From positions 76,256-140,255 of the forward strand of contig CAYLQQ010000001.1 of NCBI GenBank assembly GCA_964386355.1: a stretch of 64,000 nucleotides of DNA, given 5' to 3'. Positions 46,669 through 56,584 of this stretch are shown here, one piece after another. Both the position numbers and the translations under genes were made by a program. The notes beneath the pieces are model-generated. The model had not been told where the DNA came from. It saw nothing but the letters and a program-made list of their open reading frames with translations, and did not search any database. The stretch comes from an uncultured Pseudomonadales bacterium. Its GTDB lineage: Bacteria; Patescibacteriota; Microgenomatia; UBA1400; UBA1449. Positions within the stretch are counted from its first letter, which is position 1. Each line of letters starts with the position of its first letter.

Positions 46669-47496
46669 ATGGGTAAAAAACGTAATATAACCATGGACGA
46701 AAATCAGGAACAGATGGTACAGCAAGGTTCCTATAACAAGTATTCACAACGATCTTCAGATCCATTTGATTTACCAGAAGAGTTTGCAATGATTGCAGCC
46801 CAAGATGAGGCTCGCAAGCAGGCAGCCAAACTTGCAGATGGTGAGATGCCCTCTACAGATGAAACTTCAGATAAAAAAGTTAAGGTTCGTGTGGCTAAGG
46901 TTAGATCCAAGCATTATAAGAGTCTTAAATCTAAAACCGATCCCAAACAAAAACTAAACCTTACAGATGCTGTAAATAAAGTACTTGAACTTTCTAAAGA
47001 AAAGTTTGACTCTTCTGTTGAATTGAATATTGTGAGTAAAAAAGATGCTCTTTCCGGATCCATAGACCTTCCCCACGGCACCGGTAAACAAAAAAAGGTT
47101 GTCATTTTTTCAGATGAAATATTAAAACAAATTGAGAATAAACAAATTGAATTTGATGTATTAATTGCCAAACCTGAAGACATGGGCAAGCTCGCTAAAC
47201 ATGCCAAACTACTTGGTCCCCGCGGTCTCATGCCAAATCCTAAAAACGGTACAGTCACCAAAGATACAGAGAAGGCGGCCAAAGATCTAGGTGGAAACAA
47301 ACTACAGTATAAAACAGAGAAAAAAGCTCCCCTGATTCATCTTACAGTGGGTAAACGCTCATTTGGTGAAGCTAAGCTTGTCGAAAATCTTAAAGCAGTA
47401 ATGAAAGCTATAGATCCACGCATAATCCGCTCCGCTACATTGTGTACGTCTATGAGTCCTACTGTCAAACTCGACATTGAACACTTAGGATTGTAA
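46669..47496 (+). CDS. rplA: 50S ribosomal protein L1 with ~60-75-aa N-terminal extension
   Basis: Core LPHGTGKQKKVVIF...LGPRGLMPNPKNGTVT. ATG at 46669 has an AAGGAA RBS 9 nt after the rplK stop. The alternative internal start MPSTDE would give a canonical-length L1. Confidence 0.9.
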   Translation: MGKKRNITMDENQEQMVQQGSYNKYSQRSSDPFDLPEEFAMIAAQDEARKQAAKLADGEMPSTDETSDKKVKVRVAKVRSKHYKSLKSKTDPKQKLNLTDAVNKVLELSKEKFDSSVELNIVSKKDALSGSIDLPHGTGKQKKVVIFSDEILKQIENKQIEFDVLIAKPEDMGKLAKHAKLLGPRGLMPNPKNGTVTKDTEKAAKDLGGNKLQYKTEKKAPLIHLTVGKRSFGEAKLVENLKAVMKAIDPRIIRSATLCTSMSPTVKLDIEHLGL

Positions 47497-48995
47497 GTCT
47501 CTATCCTTCCTATTTCTATTGTGCATATTCCAGCGAATTCTGTATTTATGTTCATTTTCCTTATCATTCTTTGATATATTTATTTACTCATTTTACGTTT
47601 CTTAGTATATTAAATTTTTTAATTAGAGGTATTGATACCCAGTAGCTTCTTACCACTCGTATTATCAGTTATTGCTTTCACTAGGCTCTTATGTCTTTCT
47701 TTATACTGTATTTATATGGTTTTCCTCATTAATATTATTTTATATGACTGTATTCTTACTATCATAATCTCAATATTTTTCCATAATTTCTTTACTATAT
47801 GAAATAAAAGATTCTAATATATGGTTCTTTTTAGTATGTATGATCTACTACCATGGTTTTAATGTGATGTATAACCTAAATAAATAAAGAACCTGTATTT
47901 TCTATTTATAAACGTATGTTTACATACCTTTATTTATTTTTTTGTATACCACCGTCTTCATAGGCATTGATTATGTAAAAGTCGTAATGTTTCACGAACT
48001 ATATATTTTCGTAATATTTCCTTAACTTTATATAGTTGAATTATATTTCTTATCTTCCACCACTTATTGTTCTTTGTCTGTTTTATTGTTGGTGTCTTAT
48101 TATTATTCCACATTTGCTATCATTTATATTATCAAAACATGCTCATATTTGCCAATTTCAATCTCATTCAAAATGACGTTATCTGATGTAACAATCAACA
48201 ATAACTATACTATGTCGTTTATTTTTTAATAGAAAATATAATAATTTATGTCTACTCATTTGTAGCTAGCACTATGTGTAACAGTTTGCTTTTGTTATGT
48301 ATTAGGTGCCATTCAATAATCCTCTATGTATTACTATTAGGATTACATTTTTAGATTAGTTATTATATTCTTACATTCGTTGTAGGTAGACCTAAGGGTA
48401 ATGTGTTAAATTTAAACCTAACGCGTTCTATAGAGGTATTAAAATGCTTTCAGTGACTAGCAAATCAAAGTAATATTTGCCAGCCTATGTAAGGTTATGG
48501 TTATAGATTGATTAAACAGTAATAATAGCATCATAACTAATTAGCACATAAATTCTCATGTATAAATAAAATTTATGAATAATTGGCTATTACTATCTAT
48601 GGATCTATATACACAGATAACGACTTAGAGATACATTAATATGTAATGTCATCAGTCGTAAAGAGGAATATTAATAACTGTTGGTGACGTATAACTGTGA
48701 CACCAGTATAAACAATACTAAACTTAATGAATTTAACTATTTATATTCTATTTATGGATTATCCAGTTGAAATAGATATAAAAAATTATGAAGAAGGTAT
48801 TAATGCACATTTATAAATAGACTATAGGAATAACTATCATATAGCATACCTTTTGAAGACAATTATTAGCCAATAATTATGCATTGACTATAATTAATCA
48901 AAAACTATTGACACGTAAATCATGATTATTACTATCAATGTATGAAGGTAGACTCTTGCAATTTCATATGTATATTGTATACTAAGCTGTTTCCA
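47497..48995. other. ~1.5-kb AT-rich (~25-30% GC) ORF-free spacer separating rplA from the rplJ leader
   Basis: No ORF of 60 aa or more in any frame. Base composition is sharply lower than the flanking genes. Confidence 0.6.
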
Positions 48996-48997
48996 TA

Positions 48998-49175
48998 GAC
49001 AGTGTGGCCGTGTCGAGTGATTTGCAAAATTCACACGACCATCTCAATCAAGTCACAAGACCTGATTGAGATGTGAAATCGACATGTAAGACCCACCGAG
49101 GAGCAAAACAAGTTGAGATATAGTCTTGTATTATGTTAGCTTGTTATATGCGCCTCTAGATAGGCGCTTTTTTAT
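48998..49175 (+). promoter_or_regulatory. Structured rplJ leader (long nested inverted repeats) ending in an attenuator-like hairpin plus T-run; candidate L10(L12)-binding autoregulatory leader
   Basis: CTCAATCA..TGATTGAG 8-bp stem; GTCGAGTGA..GAAATCGAC; terminator gcgcctctagataggcgctttttt at 49150..49175, ~115 nt before the rplJ ATG. Confidence 0.4.
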
Positions 49176-49289
49176 TTTTAAATATAGAAAATAAAGTTAG
49201 TGAATGTAAAAATACTTCGTTACAGGCTCTGTATATATAGTCAGAGATAATAAGGATAGAGGTAACTTACATCTATTAACCAATCCGCT

Positions 49290-49802
49290 ATGCCAAGTAA
49301 AAAGAACATTGTAGATCTTACAGACTTACAGACAAAACGAGATAACTCTAAAGCAGTTGTTTTTGCCCATTACCACGGCTTAAAATCTAACCAAATCAAT
49401 CAGCTGCGCGATAAAGTACGCGATGCAGGTGGTGAGATGGTTGTAGCTAAAAACACACTACTCCGCATTGCCTTTGGTAAATCAGACGAAATAAACTCAA
49501 CCCTAACTGGACCGACTGCTGCCATATTTGCATATGAAGACGAGATTGCACCCTTGAAAGTAGTGTCAGAATTTGCAAAAGAAAACGAATTACCTAAGTT
49601 AACTGCTGGCTTTTTTAATAATCAGGTTATCAACGCTGATCAGGTTACCAAGCTTTCAGCACTACCTGGAAAAAAAGAGCTCAGAGGTCAGGTGGTTGGT
49701 ACATTGTCAGCACCTTTGTATGGGTTAGTGAATGTCATGCAGGGAAATCTTAGAAACTTGGTATACGCTCTTAAGGCAATTGGTGACAAAAAGTCCGAAT
49801 AA
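49290..49802 (+). CDS. rplJ: 50S ribosomal protein L10
   Basis: L10 gestalt (KAVVFAHYHGLKSNQINQLRDKVRDAGGEMVVAKNTLL); precedes rplL. Confidence 0.9.
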   Translation: MPSKKNIVDLTDLQTKRDNSKAVVFAHYHGLKSNQINQLRDKVRDAGGEMVVAKNTLLRIAFGKSDEINSTLTGPTAAIFAYEDEIAPLKVVSEFAKENELPKLTAGFFNNQVINADQVTKLSALPGKKELRGQVVGTLSAPLYGLVNVMQGNLRNLVYALKAIGDKKSE

Positions 49803-49930
49803 ACATTATTAACAGAGGTAACATTAATCTTAGGCTTAGTAAGCGATTATAAACACAGTTCATAACAAGTAACTACATCTTTTGTTATTTGTTTACTGAA
49901 TTTTGAACAATTTAAAGGAGGTGAGCAATC

Positions 49931-50338
49931 ATGGCAGACGAACAAGTAAAAGTAAGTGAAAAACTTACAAAAATCATGGAGTCAATCGAAACATTAACTG
50001 TTTTGGAACTCGCAGATCTGGTTAAAGCATTGGAAGACAAATTTGGTGTCAGTGCTGCCGCCCCAGTTGCCGTGGCTGCCGCCCCGGTCGCAGGTGCCGC
50101 CAGTGCTGCTCCAGTTGAAGAAAAAACAGAGTTTGACGTCATCCTGACTGCTGCTGGTGCTAATAAAATTGGCGTCATTAAAGCAGTTCGTACACTCAAA
50201 CCTGATCTTGGTTTGAAAGAAGCTAAGGACTTAGTCGAAGGCGCTCCCAAACCAGTGTTGGAAGCTGCTAAGAAAGAAGATGCTGAAAAAGCAAAAGCTA
50301 TCTTAGTTGAAGCCGGCGCACAAGTCGAGCTTAAATAA
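49931..50338 (+). CDS. rplL: 50S ribosomal protein L7/L12
   Basis: Ala-rich hinge; C-terminal [52 protein letters not shown]. Confidence 0.95.
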   Translation: MADEQVKVSEKLTKIMESIETLTVLELADLVKALEDKFGVSAAAPVAVAAAPVAGAASAAPVEEKTEFDVILTAAGANKIGVIKAVRTLKPDLGLKEAKDLVEGAPKPVLEAAKKEDAEKAKAILVEAGAQVELK

Positions 50339-50830
50339 GCTTTAGATTTGCTATAAACCTAAAACCTTGGGAGCAATCTCAAGGTTTTTTGTAGAGTAAC
50401 TGCTTGACCTGTAAGTCCAGTCGAGTAAGACCGCATAGTTAGATTAAAATAGAAATATAACTTGTGGCCCTAAAAAGGTAAAAGTTATAGACTGGGCGCA
50501 CAAGTCGAATTGAAATAATTCGACCTGTAAGTACTGAGTAGCGCAAGCTACTCATGTAAGCGCAAGTTGAGTTGAAGTAATATTCTCTCATATGCAAAGA
50601 CAAAACCCTAGGTATCCCCTAGGGTTTTTTGTAAGGATGCCTATACTCAACTGGCCATCCCATCAAAGCATTAATTAATAAACAAAAATACGTGTGGAAT
50701 TCAACTTACGACCCTAATATGATATAAAGCTACCGATGGGGCGCGCAAGTTGAACTTAAGTTAGCTTTAGATTTGCTATAAACCTAAAACCTCTGGACTT
50801 TCAGTTTCGGGGTTTTTTGTTGGCAATAAA
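50320..50830 (+). repeat. Three degenerate copies of the rplL 3' end (GAQVELK-stop) each followed by a hairpin terminator; mosaic repeats
   Basis: ggcgcacaagtcgagcttaaataa (50320), gggcgcacaagtcgaattgaaataa (50495), gggcgcgcaagttgaacttaagttag (50742). Shared agctttagatttgctataaacctaaaacc at 50344 and 50768. Terminators ccttggg..ctcaaggtttttt and ccctagg..cctagggtttttt. Confidence 0.7.
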
Positions 50831-51077
50831 GTTCTTTATTTATCATTACCATTTCTGAATAACATCAGGAACGGGTAATTATTTTGAAAAAATACTATAA
50901 TTGTAGTCTTCTAGCTATACCTGTTATGTAAAGCATGCTACATGCATAGGATCCCTCATTCTTGATTCCCATTCAGAAAAGGAGATAGCAAACAGAAAGC
51001 CATACTTGACACACTACACATCTTTTTGTTATTTTGAGTAGTAGTAATGTAGTATTTGTATCACAAGGAGGTACTCT

Positions 51078-51320
51078 ATGATGGATCTTAATATATCAAA
51101 CAATAAACTTAGTGATAAAAAAAGGGTAAAGATGGATGATCTACCTGACCTTCTCACCGTTAAAGAAGTAGCAGAACTTCTCAGGGTTGCTCCGCTCACC
51201 ATAAAACGCTGGGGTAAAAGAGGCAAGCTCCCTCCTATCCGTATCAATGCCCGAGGTGATCGTCGCTATAAAAAAGAGTCAGTACTATGGCTTCTGGGTA
51301 TCACGCCGAAAGAGAATTAG
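51078..51320 (+). CDS. Excisionase-family (MerR-like HTH_17) DNA-binding protein, orphan
   Basis: LLTVKEVAELLRVAPLTIKRWGKRGKLPPIRI..RGDRRYKKESVLWL is the classic Xis/HTH_17 pattern. Strong RBS AAGGAGG. Confidence 0.6.
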   Translation: MMDLNISNNKLSDKKRVKMDDLPDLLTVKEVAELLRVAPLTIKRWGKRGKLPPIRINARGDRRYKKESVLWLLGITPKEN

Positions 51321-52051
51321 TTCTTAGTTCTTAGTATTCTCCACACAAACTCTACTAATTTGAGTTGACGCTTCCAACGTGATGGTTCTTGGATTAGGCG
51401 GTATAGCCACTCCAAGTTTAGCTTTTGCAACCACAATGGCGGCCGACTTAAATTGCCCGCATAAACATCAAACGCTCCACCAACTCCTATTGCCAATCTT
51501 ACATGTGGCATTTTATTGAGATACTTTGATATAAATAGTTCTTGTTTTGGAGCACCCAAAGCTACAAAGAGTATCTCCACTTTCTCATCCTGTATTTTTT
51601 GGACAATCTCTGTATCCGCTTTACCATATTCATAGTATGGCAAAGCAATAATATCTACATTTGGAATCAGTTTGCGAAGTCTGTCAGCAGCTTTTGAAGC
51701 TACCCCATCAAGACCACCTAACAAACCTACTTTCATATGTGCGCCATACGTTTTACAAAGATACAGCATCAAGTCTATACCTGTTACGCGCTCTATTGGT
51801 CTGAATACGCCCTGTTTGGCTAGGATTCTTTTTGCTGCCCAAACCAAACCTATCCCGTCAGGTACGTTAAGGTCGGTATGTTGTAGAACAGTAAAATAAT
51901 TGTGTTGCTTTTGAGCGAGTATGATGTGTTCAGGATTGGGGGTAGCAATAAATACCTGTTTTTTTTCTTCAAGCAAGCGCAAAACGGCACTATCAATGCT
52001 TTTCCAGGTAACACAATCTATTGGTATTCCTAACACAGTAATCTTATCCAT
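51317..52051 (-). CDS. WecB/TagA/CpsF family glycosyltransferase (N-acetylmannosaminyltransferase-like)
   Basis: TPNPEHI, VPDGIGLVWA, GAPKQE, GVGGAFD, LEWLYRLIQEPSRWKR. Start at MDKITVLGIPID. Confidence 0.8.
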   Translation of the reverse strand: MDKITVLGIPIDCVTWKSIDSAVLRLLEEKKQVFIATPNPEHIILAQKQHNYFTVLQHTDLNVPDGIGLVWAAKRILAKQGVFRPIERVTGIDLMLYLCKTYGAHMKVGLLGGLDGVASKAADRLRKLIPNVDIIALPYYEYGKADTEIVQKIQDEKVEILFVALGAPKQELFISKYLNKMPHVRLAIGVGGAFDVYAGNLSRPPLWLQKLNLEWLYRLIQEPSRWKRQLKLVEFVWRILRTKN

Positions 52052-52056
52052 AGAAA

Positions 52057-52797
52057 TTATGGTAACGGATTTTGGCACGCAATTTTTGAGCGCAAATCTT
52101 CCTCAAATCGCAAAATCTGTGCAAAGCCTCGCTTATAGAGCTTTACAGCTGATTTGGTATAGAGAGGATCCACCTCCACGCCTGTATTTTTTTGCTTGTT
52201 AGTTCCATAATACCAGTCGTTGAAAAAACTCACTTTCTCAAGTGCTAGTTCAAGTTTACCTTCCCGCTCAAGCTGGGTAAGCAGTTGAGGCAGTCCTTTT
52301 CTTGCTTTTTCGATCGTAAATACGGGATCAAGCTTAGTAACATGCAAATACGAAAGCATTGTGTAAATGCCGATGGGATTAAGACCCGCACCCCGATCAG
52401 CATCAACTAATAATCTTCCGACAATATTATCAGAATGCAGCAGTTGTGGTTTGTTATGCTCCCGTACAGCCTGCAACACCTTGTATATGCCTTCACGGCC
52501 TAATTGTTTTTGAAAGGGGGCTACTATTGATTTACTTTTCTGATAAGAGATTTCTGCATGATTTGACTTAGTAAATTCCAACCCTGTCTCCTCACCTACC
52601 CTACCAATATCGTGTAACCAGCATGCAATTTCAACAAGTACAGTATTTAATGAACTTAAGTGTTCTTTTTTCGATAATAACCTGCCATTTTTTACAACCC
52701 GCCGAATGTGGTGAATATCATGAACCCAGTCAGTAATTTGACTGTACTGTGCAATGCATTGGTGTTTGATCTGGTCAATAATCAGTGAACGAGTCAA
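52057..52797 (-). CDS. HD-domain phosphohydrolase
   Basis: HDIHHIRRV ... LHDIGR (H...HD...D pattern). Confidence 0.6.
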   Translation of the reverse strand: MTRSLIIDQIKHQCIAQYSQITDWVHDIHHIRRVVKNGRLLSKKEHLSSLNTVLVEIACWLHDIGRVGEETGLEFTKSNHAEISYQKSKSIVAPFQKQLGREGIYKVLQAVREHNKPQLLHSDNIVGRLLVDADRGAGLNPIGIYTMLSYLHVTKLDPVFTIEKARKGLPQLLTQLEREGKLELALEKVSFFNDWYYGTNKQKNTGVEVDPLYTKSAVKLYKRGFAQILRFEEDLRSKIACQNPLP

Positions 52798-52931
52798 TAG
52801 AATTAATGGTCAATTTACAATTATCAATTTCCAATATATGTTTTACTGTTTATTTTCACTATGTACACGTTAGATCATACTAGTTCATTGAAAATTGTAT
52901 TTTGAAAATTAGTTTCTATTATACCAATTAT

Positions 52932-53939
52932 TTATCTCCTCGATAAACTCTTTTTATACATATCCAAGTGTTCTAAAACCACACCTGTTCCTTTGGCAAC
53001 GCAGAAAAGCGCATCTTCAGCTACATAACAGGGAATTCCCGTCTCTTGGGATAAGAGAGAGTCAAAATTTGCCAACATGCTTGTCCCCCCTGTCATAACT
53101 AATCCCTTATCAATAATATCTGAAGCAAGTTCCGGGGGAACTTCCTCAAGAACTTTCTTTACCATTGTTACTATTTGAGAAAGTGGATGGCTAAACGCTT
53201 CAACAACATCATTGCTGCTTATCTGGAGGCGCTTAGGTAAGCCGGATACTACATCCCTACCTTTAACCATCATTGTTTTTTCCTGTTTCAATTTCAGGGC
53301 TGAACCGATACGTAATTTAACTTCTTCTGCAGTTGTTTCTCCAATGATCAGACCATAACGCTTGCGTACCCATGCTATAAGGCCATCATCAAGCCTGCTT
53401 CCTGCTACACGCACTGAGCGATGAACAACTACTCCTCCTAGAGAAATGACTGCAGATTCTGCTGCTCCACCACCAATATCTAAAACCATATTTCCTGAAG
53501 GTTCGCCAATGGGTACCCCTGCGCCTATAGCAGCAGCTAATGGCTCCTGAATAATGTAAACCGATGATGCCCCGGCAGCTATGGTGGCATCCTCTACAGA
53601 CCGTTTCTCAACTTGTGTTGCTCCAGCAGGTATGCAAATGAGCACCTCAGGTCTAAAAAACATAGATCGCCCTACTGCTTTTTGGATAAAGTAACGCAGC
53701 ATTGCCTCAGTTATAGAGTAATCGGCAATGACTCCATCGCGCATCGGACGCTTTGCAAGAATATTTCCCGGTGTTCTACCGAGCATTTCTTTAGCTTCAT
53801 GACCAACTGCAACCACTTTCTTATCGTATACAGACACAGCTACAACTGTCGGTTCATTGAGGACAATACCTTTACCCGCCACATATACAAGCGAATTTGC
53901 AGTTCCTAAATCGATGCCAATACGAGAGCGAAAAGACAT
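52932..53939 (-). CDS. mreB: Rod-shape-determining protein MreB, paralog 2
   Basis: IGIDLGTANSLVYV, DIGGGAAE. Start at MSFRSRIGIDLG. Confidence 0.85.
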   Translation of the reverse strand: MSFRSRIGIDLGTANSLVYVAGKGIVLNEPTVVAVSVYDKKVVAVGHEAKEMLGRTPGNILAKRPMRDGVIADYSITEAMLRYFIQKAVGRSMFFRPEVLICIPAGATQVEKRSVEDATIAAGASSVYIIQEPLAAAIGAGVPIGEPSGNMVLDIGGGAAESAVISLGGVVVHRSVRVAGSRLDDGLIAWVRKRYGLIIGETTAEEVKLRIGSALKLKQEKTMMVKGRDVVSGLPKRLQISSNDVVEAFSHPLSQIVTMVKKVLEEVPPELASDIIDKGLVMTGGTSMLANFDSLLSQETGIPCYVAEDALFCVAKGTGVVLEHLDMYKKSLSRR

Positions 53940-54183
53940 TATAAATGTACCAATTTCCAATGATCAATTTATAATTAGCCCTTAAATATGCTATTTTAAA
54001 AATAAATATAAGCCTCACGAACTACATTGAGAATTGGTTTTGTAAATTATGTTTTTCCTATACAAACCCATCTTTAGGCATTATAATCTACCCATATCGG
54101 GAAAACAAAACAAAATGGAATAGTTTTCTCTCTCTGTTCACTACGGAAACTATACTATAATAATTTTAAATATAAATTAAAAC

Positions 54184-55560
54184 ATGAATCAACGGCTTCT
54201 CATTACTTTAGCTATTGCCATTTTCCTTGTTGGGGGAACTATTTTTGCAATCCGGTGGGCTCAAGGGTATCGATATAATGTAAAAAACCAAACTCTTGAG
54301 GGAAATGGCTTATTGGTAGTTAATTCCCTACCCAAGGGAGCAACCGTATACATTGATGATGAACTTTCTACTGCCACCGATGATACGCTACATATGTCAC
54401 CGGGTGAGTATGCAATCCGCATAGAAAAAGACGGATATAATACTTGGAATAAAAAGTTAAAACTTGAAAAAGAGCTTGTTACCCAAACTAATGCCCGCCT
54501 ATTTCCCTCTGTTCCGAACCTGGCAGCACTCACTGTTAATGGAGCAAGTAATATAACACCTTCTCCAAATGGACAAATGCTTGCTTTCCAAATTGCCACA
54601 GGCTCAGCCCAAATAAAGTACGGTATTTGGGTGCTCAATATGAGCGAAGGTATGCTGCGCGGTGGGGGTAGTGCTGTGCAGGTTATCAAAGATACTGCTA
54701 ACTTGGAATTTTCGAAAGCGCGACTCTTCTGGAATCCAAACTCAAGTGAAATTTTAGCCTACTTTTCCGAAACACAAAGCTATCTTTTGCCTACAAACGC
54801 AGAACAGAAACCCCAAAACCTAATCAATGTTGCACTTCAGTTGCCCCTTATCATTGAAGATTGGCAAAAACAGATAGCCTTGCAGCAGCAAAAACGCTTA
54901 GCGAAACTACCTATACAGATGCAAGAGATCGCAACCCAGTCTGCTACCCTCCTCTATTTCTCACCAAATGAGAAAAAGCTACTCTACGTTGCTACACAGT
55001 CTGCCCAACTTGATGAAAATCTTATTCCGCCCCTACCAGCAATCAACTGCCAACCACAGGAACGCACCCTACATACCGGAACTGTCTATTTGTATGACAG
55101 TGAAGAAGATACTAATTTTGCGATAGCCCGTGATATGTTTGACCAAACACAACTACTTCAGATTGTGGATCAGTTTATGCTTCCTACTGTAACAGATGAT
55201 GAGATTGCAAATTTTCCCTCTACCAGCCCGTCACCCAGAATACCCACTAAAAAAACAGTTACCACCAAACAGTCGCCAACCAGTTTACAATTATTAACGA
55301 ACATTCATACCCATTATTCGCCAGTATATAGTCCCCTGACCTATCAGTGGTTCCCTGATTCATACCACTTAATATTGACTGGTAAAGACAAAGTAAGTTT
55401 GGTTGAATATGATGGGTCAAATGAAACTGAAGTCTACGGTGGTATGTTCCTTGAAGGTTTCTCCTATCCGTGGCCTAACGGTCAGAAGCTGGTCATTCTA
55501 ACATCTTTAACTACCAACCCCCTTACCTTTGCAAATCTGTACGGACTCAATCTAGAGTAG
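54184..55560 (+). CDS. Membrane-anchored PEGA-domain protein with a large C-terminal extracytoplasmic region (beta-propeller-like)
   Basis: TM LLITLAIAIFLVGGTIFAI. PEGA-like LPKGATVYIDDELSTATDDTLHMSPGEYAIRIEKDGYNTWNKKLKLEKE. Confidence 0.6.
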   Translation: MNQRLLITLAIAIFLVGGTIFAIRWAQGYRYNVKNQTLEGNGLLVVNSLPKGATVYIDDELSTATDDTLHMSPGEYAIRIEKDGYNTWNKKLKLEKELVTQTNARLFPSVPNLAALTVNGASNITPSPNGQMLAFQIATGSAQIKYGIWVLNMSEGMLRGGGSAVQVIKDTANLEFSKARLFWNPNSSEILAYFSETQSYLLPTNAEQKPQNLINVALQLPLIIEDWQKQIALQQQKRLAKLPIQMQEIATQSATLLYFSPNEKKLLYVATQSAQLDENLIPPLPAINCQPQERTLHTGTVYLYDSEEDTNFAIARDMFDQTQLLQIVDQFMLPTVTDDEIANFPSTSPSPRIPTKKTVTTKQSPTSLQLLTNIHTHYSPVYSPLTYQWFPDSYHLILTGKDKVSLVEYDGSNETEVYGGMFLEGFSYPWPNGQKLVILTSLTTNPLTFANLYGLNLE

Positions 55561-55568
55561 TATGTTTG

Positions 55569-55640
55569 TGCCCCCAGGGGGAATTGAACCACCATTTAAG
55601 GTTTAGGAAACCTCCGTTCTATCCGTTGAACTATGAGGGC
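55569..55640 (-). tRNA. tRNA-Arg (anticodon CCT)
   Basis: Reverse-complement cloverleaf: acceptor GCCCTCA/TGGGGGC; anticodon loop TTCCTAA; T loop TTCAATT. Confidence 0.65.
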
Positions 55641-55771
55641 AATAGCAATTTTCAAATTCCAATTTTCAATCAATTAGAGTAAAATTCTATCGTATTGTAG
55701 CAAAAGAATTGGCTTTTCGGGATGTTGTGTGGTCATATACATGCAGGAAACAAGCGATTCCTTTTTTATTT

Positions 55772-55842
55772 CGGGGTATGGTCTAGTGGTATGATACGCG
55801 GTTCGGGATCGCGTGACGCCAGTCCGATTCTGGCTACCCCGA
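55772..55842 (+). tRNA. tRNA-Pro (anticodon CGG) with non-canonical T loop (C at position 55) and short D stem
   Basis: Acceptor CGGGGTA/TACCCCG; anticodon loop TTCGGGA (as in E. coli proK); T arm GCCAG-TCCGATT-CTGGC. Confidence 0.5.
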
Positions 55843-55849
55843 CAAATAG

Positions 55850-55935
55850 TACTGGGCAATTGTAACGGCGTACCAGTCCTCCCTTTCGCTTCGCTCAAGG
55901 GATTTCGCTCCTAACGTCGCTCAAGATTCTGATTA
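55850..55935 (-). repeat. Repeat-family elements in reverse orientation (gagcgaagcgaaaggg, gagcgaaatccc, tgagcgacg) downstream of tRNA-Pro
   Basis: Plus strand reads ctttcgcttcgctcaagggatttcgctcctaacgtcgctcaag. Confidence 0.5.
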
Positions 55936-55993
55936 CCCTGACAAATATAAAAGGCAAGCTAAGAAGCTCGCCTTTTAATTATCAGATAAAAAT

Positions 55994-56461
55994 CTACAAC
56001 CCCCGCTCCTCCTCAGAATATACCTGTAAATAATCGTCTTTATCATACTCGAATATTTCAGAAGGTTGGAACACAAGGTCCCGCTCTTTTTTAGCACTTT
56101 CCGTGCTATCTGAGGCGTGTATAAGGTTGTTGGACTGGCTCATAGCAAAGTCACCACGAATCGATCCAAGTTCAGCCTCACGGCCTTTAGTGATACCTAC
56201 AATTTTACGAACAGTATCGACACACTCCACACCATCCCAAAGCATTGCCACAATTGGAGAGCTTTCCATAAATTTTTTCAAATTACCAAAAAACGGCTTT
56301 TCCTTATGATGTGCGTACCAGTTATCCAAAATCTCATCGTTGAGATACATCATCTTCAGACCAACTAACTTTAAACCTTTACGTTCAAAACGGTGGATGA
56401 TCTCACCTATTAAACCCCTCTGTACTCCATCCGGCTTGACCAAAACGACACTATATTGCAT
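55994..56461 (-). CDS. ndk: Nucleoside diphosphate kinase
   Basis: VVLVKPDGVQRGLIGEII; NLIHASDS active-site region (H of the NxxH motif). Confidence 0.9.
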   Translation of the reverse strand: MQYSVVLVKPDGVQRGLIGEIIHRFERKGLKLVGLKMMYLNDEILDNWYAHHKEKPFFGNLKKFMESSPIVAMLWDGVECVDTVRKIVGITKGREAELGSIRGDFAMSQSNNLIHASDSTESAKKERDLVFQPSEIFEYDKDDYLQVYSEEERGL

Positions 56462-56584
56462 AAGGATAATTCGTAACCCCTACCGACTTAGTAAACAACT
56501 AAACGTGTAGGCATTACTGATTTAATACATAATTATTTTAGAACTAACGCTACAGAAGCCATTTTATATCAACATAAATATTTA

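Noticed and set aside
47497-49000. CRISPR array, rRNA or replication origin in the AT-rich spacer
   Set aside because: No regularly spaced direct repeats. No rRNA-like conserved blocks. Only isolated weak DnaA-box-like 8/9 matches (for example TTATCCAGT at ~48770) and no cluster.
49912-50250. 112-aa minus-strand ORF
   Set aside because: Antisense to rplL (an Ala-rich artefact of the L7/L12 hinge coding sequence).
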